A DNA stretch of 64,000 nt from Yuukianura sp. NJ FZ-2021 (taxonomy: Eukaryota). Numbering within the stretch: the first letter of the stretch is position 1; each line of letters begins with the position of its first letter. The notes beneath the pieces are model-generated. The model had not been told where the DNA came from and did not search any database. It worked only from the letters and a program-made list of their open reading frames with translations. The stretch spans positions 6,138,001 to 6,202,000 of the forward strand of contig CM102285.1 in the NCBI GenBank assembly GCA_046563655.1, read 5' to 3'. Positions 12,271-23,225 of this stretch are shown here, piece after piece. The position numbers and the translations under genes were made by a program.

Positions 12271-15200
12271 CTAAAAGTTCCACGTTCCATAACGCTGAGG
12301 TTTCTTGACGAGACGCCCTTTCCGAGTGGTTACAGTTTCGCCATCGGTTGTTTCCGGCTCATCATCCTCTAAGGTCACTTTCACCTTGTCCTTGACCTCT
12401 TCCACAATCTCCTTCCTAATGGTCTTGAAACGCTCTTCCATGATGGACATCTCCAAGGGATAAAGGCGTTGAAGAGGGCGAGTGAGGATTGTACAGCTAT
12501 AGTCTCCGGCGACTTTGGGTTTACACGCGATCCTGACTCTGGCTACTCGTACTTTGCCATCGGTTCCTGCTCCGAGTTCCACAATCTTGCCGAGAGGCCA
12601 TTGGAAACGCTTTCGGTCATCGTAGCCAATCAAGACGACATCTCCCACTTCCGGCTCAGCTGACGGCTTCTCGTTCCCCTTCTGGACCAGCATCGCCAAA
12701 TACTCTTTTCGGAAGCGGGCTCGGAGGGCCGCCTTAAGCTCTTGCAACTTCTTGAAGGCACCTCTCAACTGTGATGCTCCGATTTCGTCACCTTCTGGAA
12801 ATACAGCGATTGGAAGGTCCCTCATAAACATTCTTGGGGTAAGGGGAATGAGGTCTCCGCCATCCTCGGTCAGCGTGGTCAATGGACGATCATTGATTGT
12901 TCCCGACACCGTTGCTAGGCAAGTGAGGAGCTCCTCCTGGGTCAATTTGGCGCTTCCTAGCATTCTTCGGAGCAACTCCTTGGTTGAGCGAACCATCCTT
13001 TCCCACCAACCTCCCCACCAGGGCGCTGCGGGCGGATTGAATGTCCACTTGATTTCTTTGGCTTCAAATTCTCGTTCCAAGGTTTTCCAGTCCAGCAGCT
13101 TCATGACGTTCCGGGTACCCACAAAATTTGTCCCATTGTCGCTGTACAGGCGGTTGGGTCGTCCGATCACACTCACAAATCGTTCCAACGAGGAAATGAA
13201 CGCTTCCCAGGAGAGTGAAGTGACGAGATCCAAATGGATTCCTCTGTAAACGGCACATGTGTAGAGGACAATCCATGCCTTGCTTCCTCCCTTCAAAATC
13301 ACCGGCCCTGCTAAGTCGACTCCAGTGGTTTGGAAGGCGAAAACCGTTTCAACGCGGTCCTTTGGGAGTGGAGCAGCTTCTGGTTGTAGACTTTGTCCTT
13401 TATGACGCTTGCACACTACACACCGCTGTAGTACGGCTCCAACAGTTTTGCGACCTTGTGGAAGCCAATACTTCTCTCGTAACTTCCCAAGGACGAATTG
13501 TACCCCTCCATGACCACTGCTCCTATGGACATGATGAACGAGAAGATGTACCATGGAATCTTCTTTTGGTAGCAAGATCGGGCTTCGGAACTGATCTGTG
13601 TCTGTCTTGTATGTGAGCCGTGATTTCACCCGCAACAGCCCATCTTCACCAAGAAACACATCCAGATTTTTCAATTTCGGAGTTTGGCCATAGTACCGCC
13701 TTTGAATATCTCTGAGGATATCCGCTTCTGCTGCCAGCAACTCCTTCTTCCCAATGCTTGCCATCTTGATTCGGTTAGTTTCGGGCTTGACTTTGCAGTT
13801 GTACAGGAATCTTTTGACCCAGGCTGCTACTCGTACATTCTTCAAATAAGACGAAAACCTTGGTTCTACTGAGTCAGTTTGGACGGCAGCTAGAGTGGTT
13901 TTCTTCTTTTCAGCGTTTACCAGTTGCTCGTCCACAACAGCTTCTGATTTGGGCCAGTCACATTCTTCTTGGTAGAGCCACTCCGGTCCCTCCCACCATT
14001 TTGACTGGCGGAGCTCCTTGGGTGGACATCCTCTTGAAGGGAGATCCGCCGGGTTCAAAATCCCAGGGATATGTCGCCAACTTGAGCATCCTGTTAACCT
14101 GACGATCTCACTAACCCGGTTCCCAACGAAAGTGCCCCAGTTTCCTTCTTTTTGAATCCAAGAGAGAGCAGTCATTGAGTCGGTCCAAAAGTGACTCACG
14201 ACATCCTTCGTGTCCAGCGCTGTAGCTGTAGCTTCCCACAGACGAGCACCAACGAGACACCCAAGCAGTTCCAATCTCGGAATGGTAACTCGATTCTTCT
14301 TCTTTTTGTCGAGTGGGGCTACACGGGCTTTAGACGCTAACAATTGAACCGTGATCAGACTATCACGAGCTACTCTCACAAAAACTGCCCCAGCATACGC
14401 CAACTGACTTGCATCAGTAAAAACATGGAGTTGAATGCGGGCGGGGCCTGATGACAATCCAAAGGCGTGTCTTGGTATTCGGATCTTCTCTAAGTCACTG
14501 ATATCCGAGTACCATTTTAAGAATGCTTCTCTTCGGTCATTGTCCCATTGGTCATCCCATCCCAAGTCTGTTGCCCAAGCTTCTTGAAGCATCAACTTAG
14601 GTTGTAGAAGCGACGGGCTTGCGTATCCAATGGGCTCAAACACTTGGGACACCAGCGACAGAACGACCCTCTTCGTTATAACTTCTGACTCAAAATCTTT
14701 CGGCACTTGACAGTACAGGGTATCGTCACCCTTGTCCCAATTTAACCCCAGAACGGTCGTGACACGTTGGTGAATGGGAGTTTGATCCACTTGTGACTCC
14801 CATTGTCTCAGATCCATCTTGGCCTCACTCAGGATGTCAATGGCTTCAACTTTGAACTTGCGATACTCTTCTTCGTGGTTGAAAGACGTCACACAGTTGT
14901 CCACGTAGAGTGACCGCTTGAGTATTTCAGCCGTTTGCTTCCACTGCTCCTTGACTTGACTCAAGTGAAGGTCCAGAATCGCCGCCAAAATGAAAGGACT
15001 ACACGTCAGTCCAAATACCACTCTACAATGTTGGTATGGCTGTAGCTCCTTCTTGTCACCATTGGCGCGCCACCAGTAGAACTTCTGGTACTGGCGGTCT
15101 TCTGGTGCTACGGAGATCATCTGAAAGGCTTTCCTGATGTCGGAGATGACTCCTATCTTCTTTTCTCTGAATCGGATGAGCATGGCAGGGATCAGTTCCA

Positions 15201-17592
15201 GCCAGTTTGGACCCTTTTCCAAACACTGATTGAGTGAGGGGCGTTTTGTCACATGACACGAGGCGTCAAAGACTGGTCGAACCGGGGTGGTCACACTTTC
15301 CTTGAAAACGGGGCGATGTGGTAAGTAGTGTCCAGACATGGGGTCAACTTGCACTGGAATTTCGATAATCCCTTCATCCTCCCACCCTTTGAAGACTGCA
15401 TCATAGGTGCTGAACTTGCCTTGTCTTTCTAACTTTGCAGTGGCAGAGTCCAGCCTTTTAACACTTACAGACTCGTTTGTAGGGAGGTGACACTTTACCT
15501 CTGTATTGACCCATGGTAGACTAACAACGTACCTTCCAGTGGTTTCTCGAGTTACTTGTTTCTGGAAGGTCTCCTTTTGCTTCCGATCGCTGTCCAGTTC
15601 AGTAGACTTTTGTACGGGATCCCGAATGCCTAACAAGTCCAAATCCCAAAGTTGACAGACGGATCCTGTGAGGTAACTGTGAATAACAGTTTCACAAGCA
15701 CTAGTTTCAGCCTTGAACACAGGGCCACACAGCATCCAACCAAAGAGAGACTGAACCGCGTAGACTCCATCCCTGAGATGAATCCTCTTGCCGGTCATCA
15801 ACTGCTCCCGATAATCACTCCCGATCAAAATGTCTATGTCTTGCCGGTGTTGGACACTACCACCATGGTCTTCAATTGTGATGCCATTCCTTTCCAGTTC
15901 TTTACTCCACTTCCCCAACTGAGCACGCGGTGGAATACCTCCAATCACTGGTCTCTCCCTCAGCAACAGTTTGACCTTTGACCCAGCAGCGTCCAGAACG
16001 GTGAGTTCGTGTTTGTAGAAGAGGGTCCCTGGTGACACTTTACCGTCAATCATTACGGTCTTGACTCGCTCCTCTCCCACCGGCTTACTGGACATACGTT
16101 GGACGACGTAACTGGTCACATAACTGCTTTGGCTGCCCTCATCAAAGAGCAATCGAGCCAGCAGTTTAATTCCACTTTTACCCACAACCCGCACTAGCAC
16201 TGTTTTGAGCAGAACGTCACCCCCACACTGTACTCCACTATTAACAGCAACAGTTTCAGTGGAACTTTGAGTGACTTCTTTTACCTCACGACTTCCATTG
16301 TTACCAGGCGGTTTGTCATGGGCTTGCTTTAAAGCGTGAAGGTCAGGGCACATGAAATGGTAGTGCTTCTTGGAACACAGTGAGCAACGAACCGGAGCCT
16401 TACAAGCCTTTGCCATATGACCTTTAAAGCAAATGTAGCACCCTTTAGAGTCATTCACTTTCTTTCGTTTTTCTTCGAGTGACATGTTAAGGGCCTTGAA
16501 ACACTCATGACTCTGGTGATTGGTTTTAGCACAGAAGATGCACTTATCCTTGCCTTTGCCTTCGAACAGTCCCGCCGAAGTGGAAACGTCTTCTTGACCA
16601 AGTTCCTTCTCCGGTCGTCGGTTTCTTTGATGCTTTTGAGTAGAAGGGCCCTCTAATTTGGTCAACTTCCGCTGTTCCTGGTTCTCGACTTCGACGCGTA
16701 GAAAATCGAGTAGGTACGAAAGTTCCGTCATAACTGGGTCTTCTTGGCTTCCATCCTTCAAATAATTCGGGTGACGTTGCCACACAATCATTAGTTCTTC
16801 CGGAAGGCATGATTCCACCATTGGATAGAGGAAATCAGCTGCCTGTTCTGTGGTTACGCCCAGGGATGCTAAAGCCCTTGTGTGCGAATCCAGTGCATAG
16901 TACAGGTTTGACACGGCCTCTGCAGACTTGCCACACGGACTCACCAACTTCAGTAGTTCTTTGATGTAATAGTGTTTTAGCAGCTTTTCTTTCCCGAAGC
17001 GCGTTTTCAACTTTTCGATCACCTTCGGGTAGTTTTCCGCTGATTGTGGATACGCATCCAAGACTTCCCGAGCCCTTGATCCTGCCACTGTCGACTGATA
17101 CAGGTACTGGAACTTATCAGTGGGGTCAAGGGACTCATCCTCGTGGATCTTGCGAAACTGCGCCCACCATCCTAGCCACTCCTTCAGATCCCCATTGAAC
17201 GTTTTGAGTTGGATCTTCGGGAGCTTGAACTTTCTTGTGGTTGTGGCTGAAGATTGGACTGATGCTGCGTCATCCTGACTGCTTACCTCCTCACTTCGTT
17301 TGTCGAGGTAAGAGTTGATGTTGCCTTGAGTGACAAGGATCTTTTGGAGGTATTCTTCTACTTGAATCTGCTCACCCTCCAACGTCTCGTCATCCGCTTC
17401 ACTATCCAGCAGACCATCCAGCACTTCACGATCCAAACGTTGAATGTCATGATGAAGTTGATCCAGCCGGGTGAACTTCGCTTGAAGGATGGCTTTGCTA
17501 ACCTCGTCCTTGTCTAGTTCTCGATCCACTTCATTCGTGATCTTCGTGATCGTGCTCCGAACCACCTTTCTTTCTTTTTTGACTCGATCCAT
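12271..17592 (-). CDS. BEL/Pao gag-pol polyprotein (Gag zinc knuckles, aspartic protease, RT, RNase H, integrase), 1773 aa
   Basis: KLPKIQLKTFNG gag; three Cys/His knuckles; LFDEGSQ protease; RPVFDAS, DIRKAF, YVDN RT; FTDAS RNase H; GVDLAGP, SDNGTNF, WWERMV integrase. Confidence 0.97.
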   Translation of the reverse strand: MDRVKKERKVVRSTITKITNEVDRELDKDEVSKAILQAKFTRLDQLHHDIQRLDREVLDGLLDSEADDETLEGEQIQVEEYLQKILVTQGNINSYLDKRSEEVSSQDDAASVQSSATTTRKFKLPKIQLKTFNGDLKEWLGWWAQFRKIHEDESLDPTDKFQYLYQSTVAGSRAREVLDAYPQSAENYPKVIEKLKTRFGKEKLLKHYYIKELLKLVSPCGKSAEAVSNLYYALDSHTRALASLGVTTEQAADFLYPMVESCLPEELMIVWQRHPNYLKDGSQEDPVMTELSYLLDFLRVEVENQEQRKLTKLEGPSTQKHQRNRRPEKELGQEDVSTSAGLFEGKGKDKCIFCAKTNHQSHECFKALNMSLEEKRKKVNDSKGCYICFKGHMAKACKAPVRCSLCSKKHYHFMCPDLHALKQAHDKPPGNNGSREVKEVTQSSTETVAVNSGVQCGGDVLLKTVLVRVVGKSGIKLLARLLFDEGSQSSYVTSYVVQRMSSKPVGEERVKTVMIDGKVSPGTLFYKHELTVLDAAGSKVKLLLRERPVIGGIPPRAQLGKWSKELERNGITIEDHGGSVQHRQDIDILIGSDYREQLMTGKRIHLRDGVYAVQSLFGWMLCGPVFKAETSACETVIHSYLTGSVCQLWDLDLLGIRDPVQKSTELDSDRKQKETFQKQVTRETTGRYVVSLPWVNTEVKCHLPTNESVSVKRLDSATAKLERQGKFSTYDAVFKGWEDEGIIEIPVQVDPMSGHYLPHRPVFKESVTTPVRPVFDASCHVTKRPSLNQCLEKGPNWLELIPAMLIRFREKKIGVISDIRKAFQMISVAPEDRQYQKFYWWRANGDKKELQPYQHCRVVFGLTCSPFILAAILDLHLSQVKEQWKQTAEILKRSLYVDNCVTSFNHEEEYRKFKVEAIDILSEAKMDLRQWESQVDQTPIHQRVTTVLGLNWDKGDDTLYCQVPKDFESEVITKRVVLSLVSQVFEPIGYASPSLLQPKLMLQEAWATDLGWDDQWDNDRREAFLKWYSDISDLEKIRIPRHAFGLSSGPARIQLHVFTDASQLAYAGAVFVRVARDSLITVQLLASKARVAPLDKKKKNRVTIPRLELLGCLVGARLWEATATALDTKDVVSHFWTDSMTALSWIQKEGNWGTFVGNRVSEIVRLTGCSSWRHIPGILNPADLPSRGCPPKELRQSKWWEGPEWLYQEECDWPKSEAVVDEQLVNAEKKKTTLAAVQTDSVEPRFSSYLKNVRVAAWVKRFLYNCKVKPETNRIKMASIGKKELLAAEADILRDIQRRYYGQTPKLKNLDVFLGEDGLLRVKSRLTYKTDTDQFRSPILLPKEDSMVHLLVHHVHRSSGHGGVQFVLGKLREKYWLPQGRKTVGAVLQRCVVCKRHKGQSLQPEAAPLPKDRVETVFAFQTTGVDLAGPVILKGGSKAWIVLYTCAVYRGIHLDLVTSLSWEAFISSLERFVSVIGRPNRLYSDNGTNFVGTRNVMKLLDWKTLEREFEAKEIKWTFNPPAAPWWGGWWERMVRSTKELLRRMLGSAKLTQEELLTCLATVSGTINDRPLTTLTEDGGDLIPLTPRMFMRDLPIAVFPEGDEIGASQLRGAFKKLQELKAALRARFRKEYLAMLVQKGNEKPSAEPEVGDVVLIGYDDRKRFQWPLGKIVELGAGTDGKVRVARVRIACKPKVAGDYSCTILTRPLQRLYPLEMSIMEERFKTIRKEIVEEVKDKVKVTLEDDEPETTDGETVTTRKGRLVKKPQRYGTWNF

Positions 17593-17806
17593 TTATCAGC
17601 TGTTGGAAGATTCAAAAGAACGGAAAGAATCCGATTAATTCGATTCAAATTAAGCTTAAACTGGAACGTTTTCACCTTATCCACCCCCGAATGCTCAGGG
17701 TGGGGCCCACAAAGTGGCAGGACGTAAATCAATTGATACTAGTTCCTCCACACGGCACGGATGAATCGTCCAGTACTTCGTTATTGACCTTTCTCGAACA
17801 CTGCAG

Positions 17807-17823
17807 TCCGGCCAGGGTCACCA
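17807..17823 (-). promoter_or_regulatory. Primer-binding site of the LTR element
   Basis: TGGTGACCCTGG... 3 nt inside the 5' LTR on the - strand; first 9 nt match a tRNA-Trp-type 3' end (tRNA identity tentative). Confidence 0.65.
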
Positions 17824-17826
17824 AAA

Positions 17827-18257
17827 TGTTAGGCTCGGTCGTAGTCGACTAACCGTTGACTACCGGAACACTGAATTTGGAAGGACGTGATCGAAAAAGG
17901 GTTGATTTCTTGTTTGTTTTATTTTACTATTTAATTAATTGCTAAGAGGACAATACTTTTCACCCTATTCTCTCCTAGCTCTAAAAAACTTACTACTTAT
18001 AAAAAAAACAAGGGAACCACGCTACACACTCATTCATGACGCGGACGACTTTTTGGATTCCCACTCAAATTCTGTCTCAAATTGACATGAGCAGAAAACT
18101 AACTTGAACCTATTGTTCCAACACTGTTAACAAATATTTCTTAATCTAATGGTCGATGGCCCTAATTTCTCGCCTAATTTTTACCTTTAAAAGAAAAACT
18201 CTAGAACGGAAACTTAACCTAGCCTAATCTAACTTCTAACTTATTTCCATCCTAACA
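17827..18257 (-). repeat. 5' LTR of BEL/Pao element
   Basis: Direct repeat of 11741-12171 with about a dozen substitutions and a few small indels. Confidence 0.95.
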
Positions 18258-18519
18258 GACAAAGTGGAGTCGAAATTCTCTTCCAGCGATGGCACACAAG
18301 ACGACATGTTAGAAGATCCGACGTCTGAGTGATTTGCGTGAAAATTTGTTCCAGTAACTGTTTGTAGTGATAATCATATTATTTTCTACAGCCATCCAAG
18401 GAAGATCGGAAATAACCAAGGTCGTTACTTACCTCTTCCGAGAAGCCGTTTAGGCTCTTGGCTGCAAACCGTCTGGGCTGACTGAAAACGTCAATTGTAA
18501 TGGAAGAATTCGTTTCCAT
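18258..18519 (-). pseudogene. F-box/LRR-like gene, 5' portion (exon 1 18519-18433; exon 2 from 18357)
   Basis: ATG at 18519; GT-AG intron 18432-18358; spliced product LNGFSEE|LLEQIFTQITQTSDLLTCRLVCHRWKRI is an F-box motif; continues in frame past the TSD into RNRETRLAKDSQR. Confidence 0.8.
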
Positions 18520-19538
18520 ACTTCCAGTTTTAATTAAAATAAAACCAGTATAAGTACAATTAATTAGCTGCAAGATGCACAGGCTTTTCCAACAACAAAG
18601 TACCGGTTATGTACTTGTAAAAAAAAAGCGTGTTGGAGTTATCATCTGTTTATTGTTGTGGGTGAAACAAAAACTCAGAAAACTCAGAAAATGCTGACAA
18701 ACACAAGCGGCTCTTGGTTGCCGTCAATAAGCTAGCTGTATGGTGTGCACCGCACCACCACAACCACTTAACATTACCATTACAATGTTTTATCAGCATG
18801 AAAGAATGGTGAAAAGGTATGGAAAAGAAATGTTGTTACAAATGTAGTTTGACTGATTGTGTAACGTTCCACAACATTTCTAGGCTGAACGATATTTCCT
18901 CAAAAGTTAGGTACATTTGAGTGGTTGATGTAAACTAACGGTCGTGATTGTTGCGGCACACTGTACACAACTCCCCCATTTTTAGTTGCTACATTGGCTG
19001 GCTACATTGTGCCACCCATTGCAGTCTACAAAAATAGCGGAGTGGCTACATTATGCTGCTATAAGTTAACCTTCCCCGTTACAGTCGTATTTTAAACCCA
19101 AGGTACCCTTCAGCCTTAAAAACTTGCGCCTGGAACCTTCAAGCCAAAAAGCGAGGCACAGTTTGAAGGCGTAAAATATTTACGAGGAAAAGGGCGGGTG
19201 TTTTGTAGATACGCAAAATTCATAGCTAGCATAAAACTGACCAAAAAAACATCCATTTTTCGCTTGGCGGGTCATATACTAGAAACAACTCTGGCGACTT
19301 TATTAATTTTTTTCTCCATTATAACTATAGTGTACAGTGTTCTTGCGTGTATTCAAACAATCTAATACATCCTTGAAATCATTCTTTAATCGGCTGGGTA
19401 TACGTAGTTGGCTTATGTACCATATAATTTAGCATTCACATGCCATTTTAATTTCCCGCATGTTGTTTATGCAACTATAGTAAAATGACCCATAATATAC
19501 CATCATGAAACACGTTCTAGAAAAGTTTAGAATTAAAC

Positions 19539-21641
19539 ATGCAACAAATTTCACAGTTGACCGCACTCCCAGTCTGTCGTTCCAGCAGTTCATTCGCAAA
19601 AATGTCCAGCGTAGTATTGCTTATTACGCTTTATGCAGCTTCAATTTTTATTTTGCAATGTTACAGCTCGATAACAAATATTTCTACCGCCATTGTAAAA
19701 GATTTTGACGACTGTGACACTTTCATTTTCTTCTTGAAAAATTGTACAAACGACGTGCTCCACTTTTCTGAACTAACATATACTCCCGTTACGTTAATTG
19801 CAGTAAGTATCTATAAAAGTCATGAAGCAACAAGTACAGTTCAAGCCTTAAACGCCACACGCTATTCACGCAGGCTCCTCTGTCATTTGATTTTGGTTCA
19901 ATCTTATCCGACCTACAATTTGACTCGAGAGTTGCATTCCGACTTACGCTGGATGGTTGACTGCGAGTCTACAAGTGGCAGAATTGAAATTCCCTACTGT
20001 CGTGGTTCGGCATCTCACATGATTTGGATTTATCAAGAAAAGCTTTCAACGGAAGTTATTAACCCACTTTCGTATACTTTTGTCACAAACTACCAAGTTC
20101 AAGTGCTAAATTCTTCAGCATACAGAATAACCTTGAGTGTATATTACCCATGCAACACGGTTGTAGTCACTGAATTCTCCAGTAACGTAATCGTAAGTTA
20201 CTCAATACGCAACTTTTTTGATCAGTTACACTTTTTTACAATGTACAAGGAATGCTACAACATGTTCACCTTTGATTCTTTGGTCTACTACTCCAAAGAG
20301 GAAGACAGTAGGCTTTCCGAGAGTGATGCACTAGTGTTGTACCATGTATTTGCGCCTACACCAAACTCCTCATCTGAAACACTACAAGATCACGAATGTT
20401 GGTCACAGTTCGTCATTTCAATTTCGCGTCCTAGACGCAAATTTGGTCCATCTGAGAGATTTGCAATACAAATTTTGAAAGACTACAATATTATAATTCC
20501 TCTCCCAAGAAATTCAAAGCAATACATGAAGGGACGTAATTATTATTACGTTACAAAGGAAACGCAATTCAACTTTATAGCATGTGATGGAGCACGACCT
20601 TACTTTGCAGTACACTTTTTTGCACAGCCACTCTATACCGAAGTATGGATATGTTGTCTCATCACGCTAATCGTCGTATACTTCTTACTGGAATTATGGT
20701 TTCGGTTTTATGGAATACGGGGAATGAGCACGTCGTTATTTTTGGCTATAATCATATTTGAGCAGGAACTGAAATTGCCTACGTCTACATCTCGAAAATT
20801 GGTTTTCGATGTTTTCGCGTTCATTTTAGTATTTGGTTGTTTTCAACTGACAAATGACTACCGTGGAATGGTCACCACTGACCTCACCGCGCCTCTTCCT
20901 TCACAAACAATTGAAACTGTAGACCGCGCCATTGAACTTGGATTTAAAATTCTCATTGACATAAAACTCCCGTACAAAATCGATTGGCAAATAGCAGACT
21001 TTAAAAATGCGCCATTGAACGATGTCTTTTTGATGATCAACTTTGTAAAAGGTAATGAATTTCTTTATCAACTTGAGAACTTGGAGTATTTTACAACGCC
21101 AGAAGAAAATTTGAGTAAACAAAAATACGATCGCTGGAAGGAAAATATCCATTTTGAATTTACGAACACCTACTACAACACGATTTTGGCAGATTTTACA
21201 CGTTGCGAGAAAAGAATCTTCGTAGGTGACATGTCAGAGTTGTACAATTTTTCCCTCAAAGCCTACCGTCTCAACCCGACTACTGAAATCTACTATGGCA
21301 AAGAATCGCTGTTAAAGGGAAGTCTAGGTTGGACCATTTACACAATGGATGAGGACAGACAAGAGAGATTCCACATTCGGTTTTTGGCGCTGCAACATTC
21401 TGGAATTATGCAACACAAATACTATGTACACAATTCCAAGGTAATTTTGGAGGATTTTATGCATCGAACGTTCAAGTACGCTCCACTTAACTTGCAAAAC
21501 AGCATCACAACACTCTTTTTCGTATTCGCCGCTTGCGTACTACTTTCAGCGTGTAGATTAATGTATGAGTTACTGTTCCCGTGGTACTGCCAACTAAAAA
21601 TATTTTGGTGTACGGTGGTTAAACCGTTACATAATATTTAG
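19539..21641 (+). CDS. Divergent IR-like membrane protein, intronless, copy A (true start may be Met at 19602)
   Basis: 700-aa ORF; FIACDG...FFAQPLYTEVW plus TM; NDYRGMVTTDLTAP; C-terminal PLNLQNSITTLFFVF TM; same layout as 2321-4732. Confidence 0.7.
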   Translation: MQQISQLTALPVCRSSSSFAKMSSVVLLITLYAASIFILQCYSSITNISTAIVKDFDDCDTFIFFLKNCTNDVLHFSELTYTPVTLIAVSIYKSHEATSTVQALNATRYSRRLLCHLILVQSYPTYNLTRELHSDLRWMVDCESTSGRIEIPYCRGSASHMIWIYQEKLSTEVINPLSYTFVTNYQVQVLNSSAYRITLSVYYPCNTVVVTEFSSNVIVSYSIRNFFDQLHFFTMYKECYNMFTFDSLVYYSKEEDSRLSESDALVLYHVFAPTPNSSSETLQDHECWSQFVISISRPRRKFGPSERFAIQILKDYNIIIPLPRNSKQYMKGRNYYYVTKETQFNFIACDGARPYFAVHFFAQPLYTEVWICCLITLIVVYFLLELWFRFYGIRGMSTSLFLAIIIFEQELKLPTSTSRKLVFDVFAFILVFGCFQLTNDYRGMVTTDLTAPLPSQTIETVDRAIELGFKILIDIKLPYKIDWQIADFKNAPLNDVFLMINFVKGNEFLYQLENLEYFTTPEENLSKQKYDRWKENIHFEFTNTYYNTILADFTRCEKRIFVGDMSELYNFSLKAYRLNPTTEIYYGKESLLKGSLGWTIYTMDEDRQERFHIRFLALQHSGIMQHKYYVHNSKVILEDFMHRTFKYAPLNLQNSITTLFFVFAACVLLSACRLMYELLFPWYCQLKIFWCTVVKPLHNI

Positions 21642-22179
21642 CTTCTAACAAAATTGAGATGTATGTAACATCCGTTGTACTAATGTCATAAAGATTCCTT
21701 CTTCATTGCATGATTTCGGCTTTTGAATTTCGGGGAAATAAAGATATACTATATAAAGTAATGAACGTTGTTTGTTGTGTCTAAAGAAAGTTTCGTACAA
21801 CTTTCTTAAAATGTTCAACTTTGGTACATTGTGTCTTGTAAGCATCGCAGTTCGGATCTCAGTTGAGTGTAAAAGGGTTTAGCGTGGAACGGAAAATTTG
21901 GAATTGAGATCGAGCCCCTTCAAGAGACATAATTAAAACTGGAGTACCCTGCCAAAATAGCCTTATTCAACGAAAACTATGCTAATGTGCGTGAGTGTAC
22001 ATTGTACATGTAGTACATGATGTACATAATATTGGCGCATAACCTAAAGTTGTCTCCCTACGCCTAAGGAATTTCAAAGCGCTTCAAAACTTTTTTTTAG
22101 TTTTTAATAAGTATTTAAATAATTTTTAAACATTAATTTTAAAAATATCTCTGAAATAATAAAAAGCAGAGTAAATCTG

Positions 22180-23225
22180 CTAATTTATTCAAACTTTGAC
22201 AAATTAAAACATGCACCTGCCAATGGCAGGTTAAAGACATAAATATGAGCAATTAAAAATATAGTTAAAGATAAAATAATTGATCCAAATCTTTTCCTGG
22301 TGGAAGGGTTCCCAGGATTGAGGCGGAGTTCCCTCTCTGAATTGAAATGCTAATATTTTGAAGCAGAAAAGTAGTGGCTCTGTGTTCTCTAGTGGCTTCT
22401 GCAATTCGTTGACCAATTGATATGATGAGTTGCAGACCCTCAGCTCCAAAGACGCCCGTAGTTTCTATTGTAACGATTGAGACGATGAATTGATGACGAA
22501 GGTCGTCGTAGAGTCTGTGTTTCTGAGTTTCAGCCAAGGAGGCAGGGTAACCACTGGTACAAGAAGAGTTGGTAATGTAGGAGTTCGCGTACGTGTCTCG
22601 AACAGTAACGTCCCAGACCAAACATCGTCCTGTCTTCCATGGTATCAGAGTAATTCCGTCTGGTCGTTTCCCATCGGAGCGAGAACACACTGGTGGTTCC
22701 TTCAAACAGGGAATACGGGCTGAATGGAAAGCGCGAACAATAAGGTCATTGATTGAATAATGTCTCGAGTGTCTTCCTGCGCTTTTGATACAACTCAGTC
22801 CGTGAAGACCGTTACCATCGACAGGGGCGCCACAGCGACATCGGTGAGGTAAACAAATTTCGCAACCAAGCCGTAGAGAACAGGAAATCCTAAAACAATC
22901 GTTAGACAGAAGTTGAGTAGACGGCAAAACCTTCAGCCAATCACCGGAGTGAGGGGCAACAGCAGCGATTAGTCGTGCTTTGTCAGTCAAAGTAGTGGAA
23001 TTCTCGAGTAATGTCTTGTAAGTTTCGGTTGACATCAATTTCTCCCAACCTTTTTGTATCTTGCAATTAACTGGAAATTGGAAGCCGTTATTGGACCATT
23101 GCAAAGTTGCTGAATCAGTAGATTCATCGAATGGAGAGAAGGTGAAGTGGCAGGAAGGTGTTGATCAGGACAGCGCAGCTGTAGATTGAAGCCAAAAGTA
23201 GCACAATCTGTAGCATGCCGGATTC
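22180..23225 (-). mobile_element. 5'-truncated non-LTR retrotransposon with restriction-like endonuclease (CRE-like)
   Basis: ORF 22265-23104: CRCG...HGLSC zinc finger, RPDG...W...DVT PD-(D/E)xK motif, SISIQRGN; AATAAA near 22185 on - strand; degenerate upstream. Confidence 0.8.

Larger units (their letters stand above)
11741..18257 (-). mobile_element. Full-length BEL/Pao LTR retrotransposon
   Basis: Two 431-bp LTRs with TG...CA ends; 5-bp TSD GACAA (11736-11740, 18258-18262); single gag-pol ORF; PBS and PPT present. Confidence 0.97.

Noticed and set aside
12469..17517. Short antisense and alternate-frame ORFs within gag-pol
   Set aside because: Shadow ORFs of a long coding sequence with no motifs
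18958..19340. 11-bp inverted pair ACACTGTACAC/GTGTACAGTGT as TIRs
   Set aside because: Short, no TSD found, and not perfectly conserved in the duplicated block
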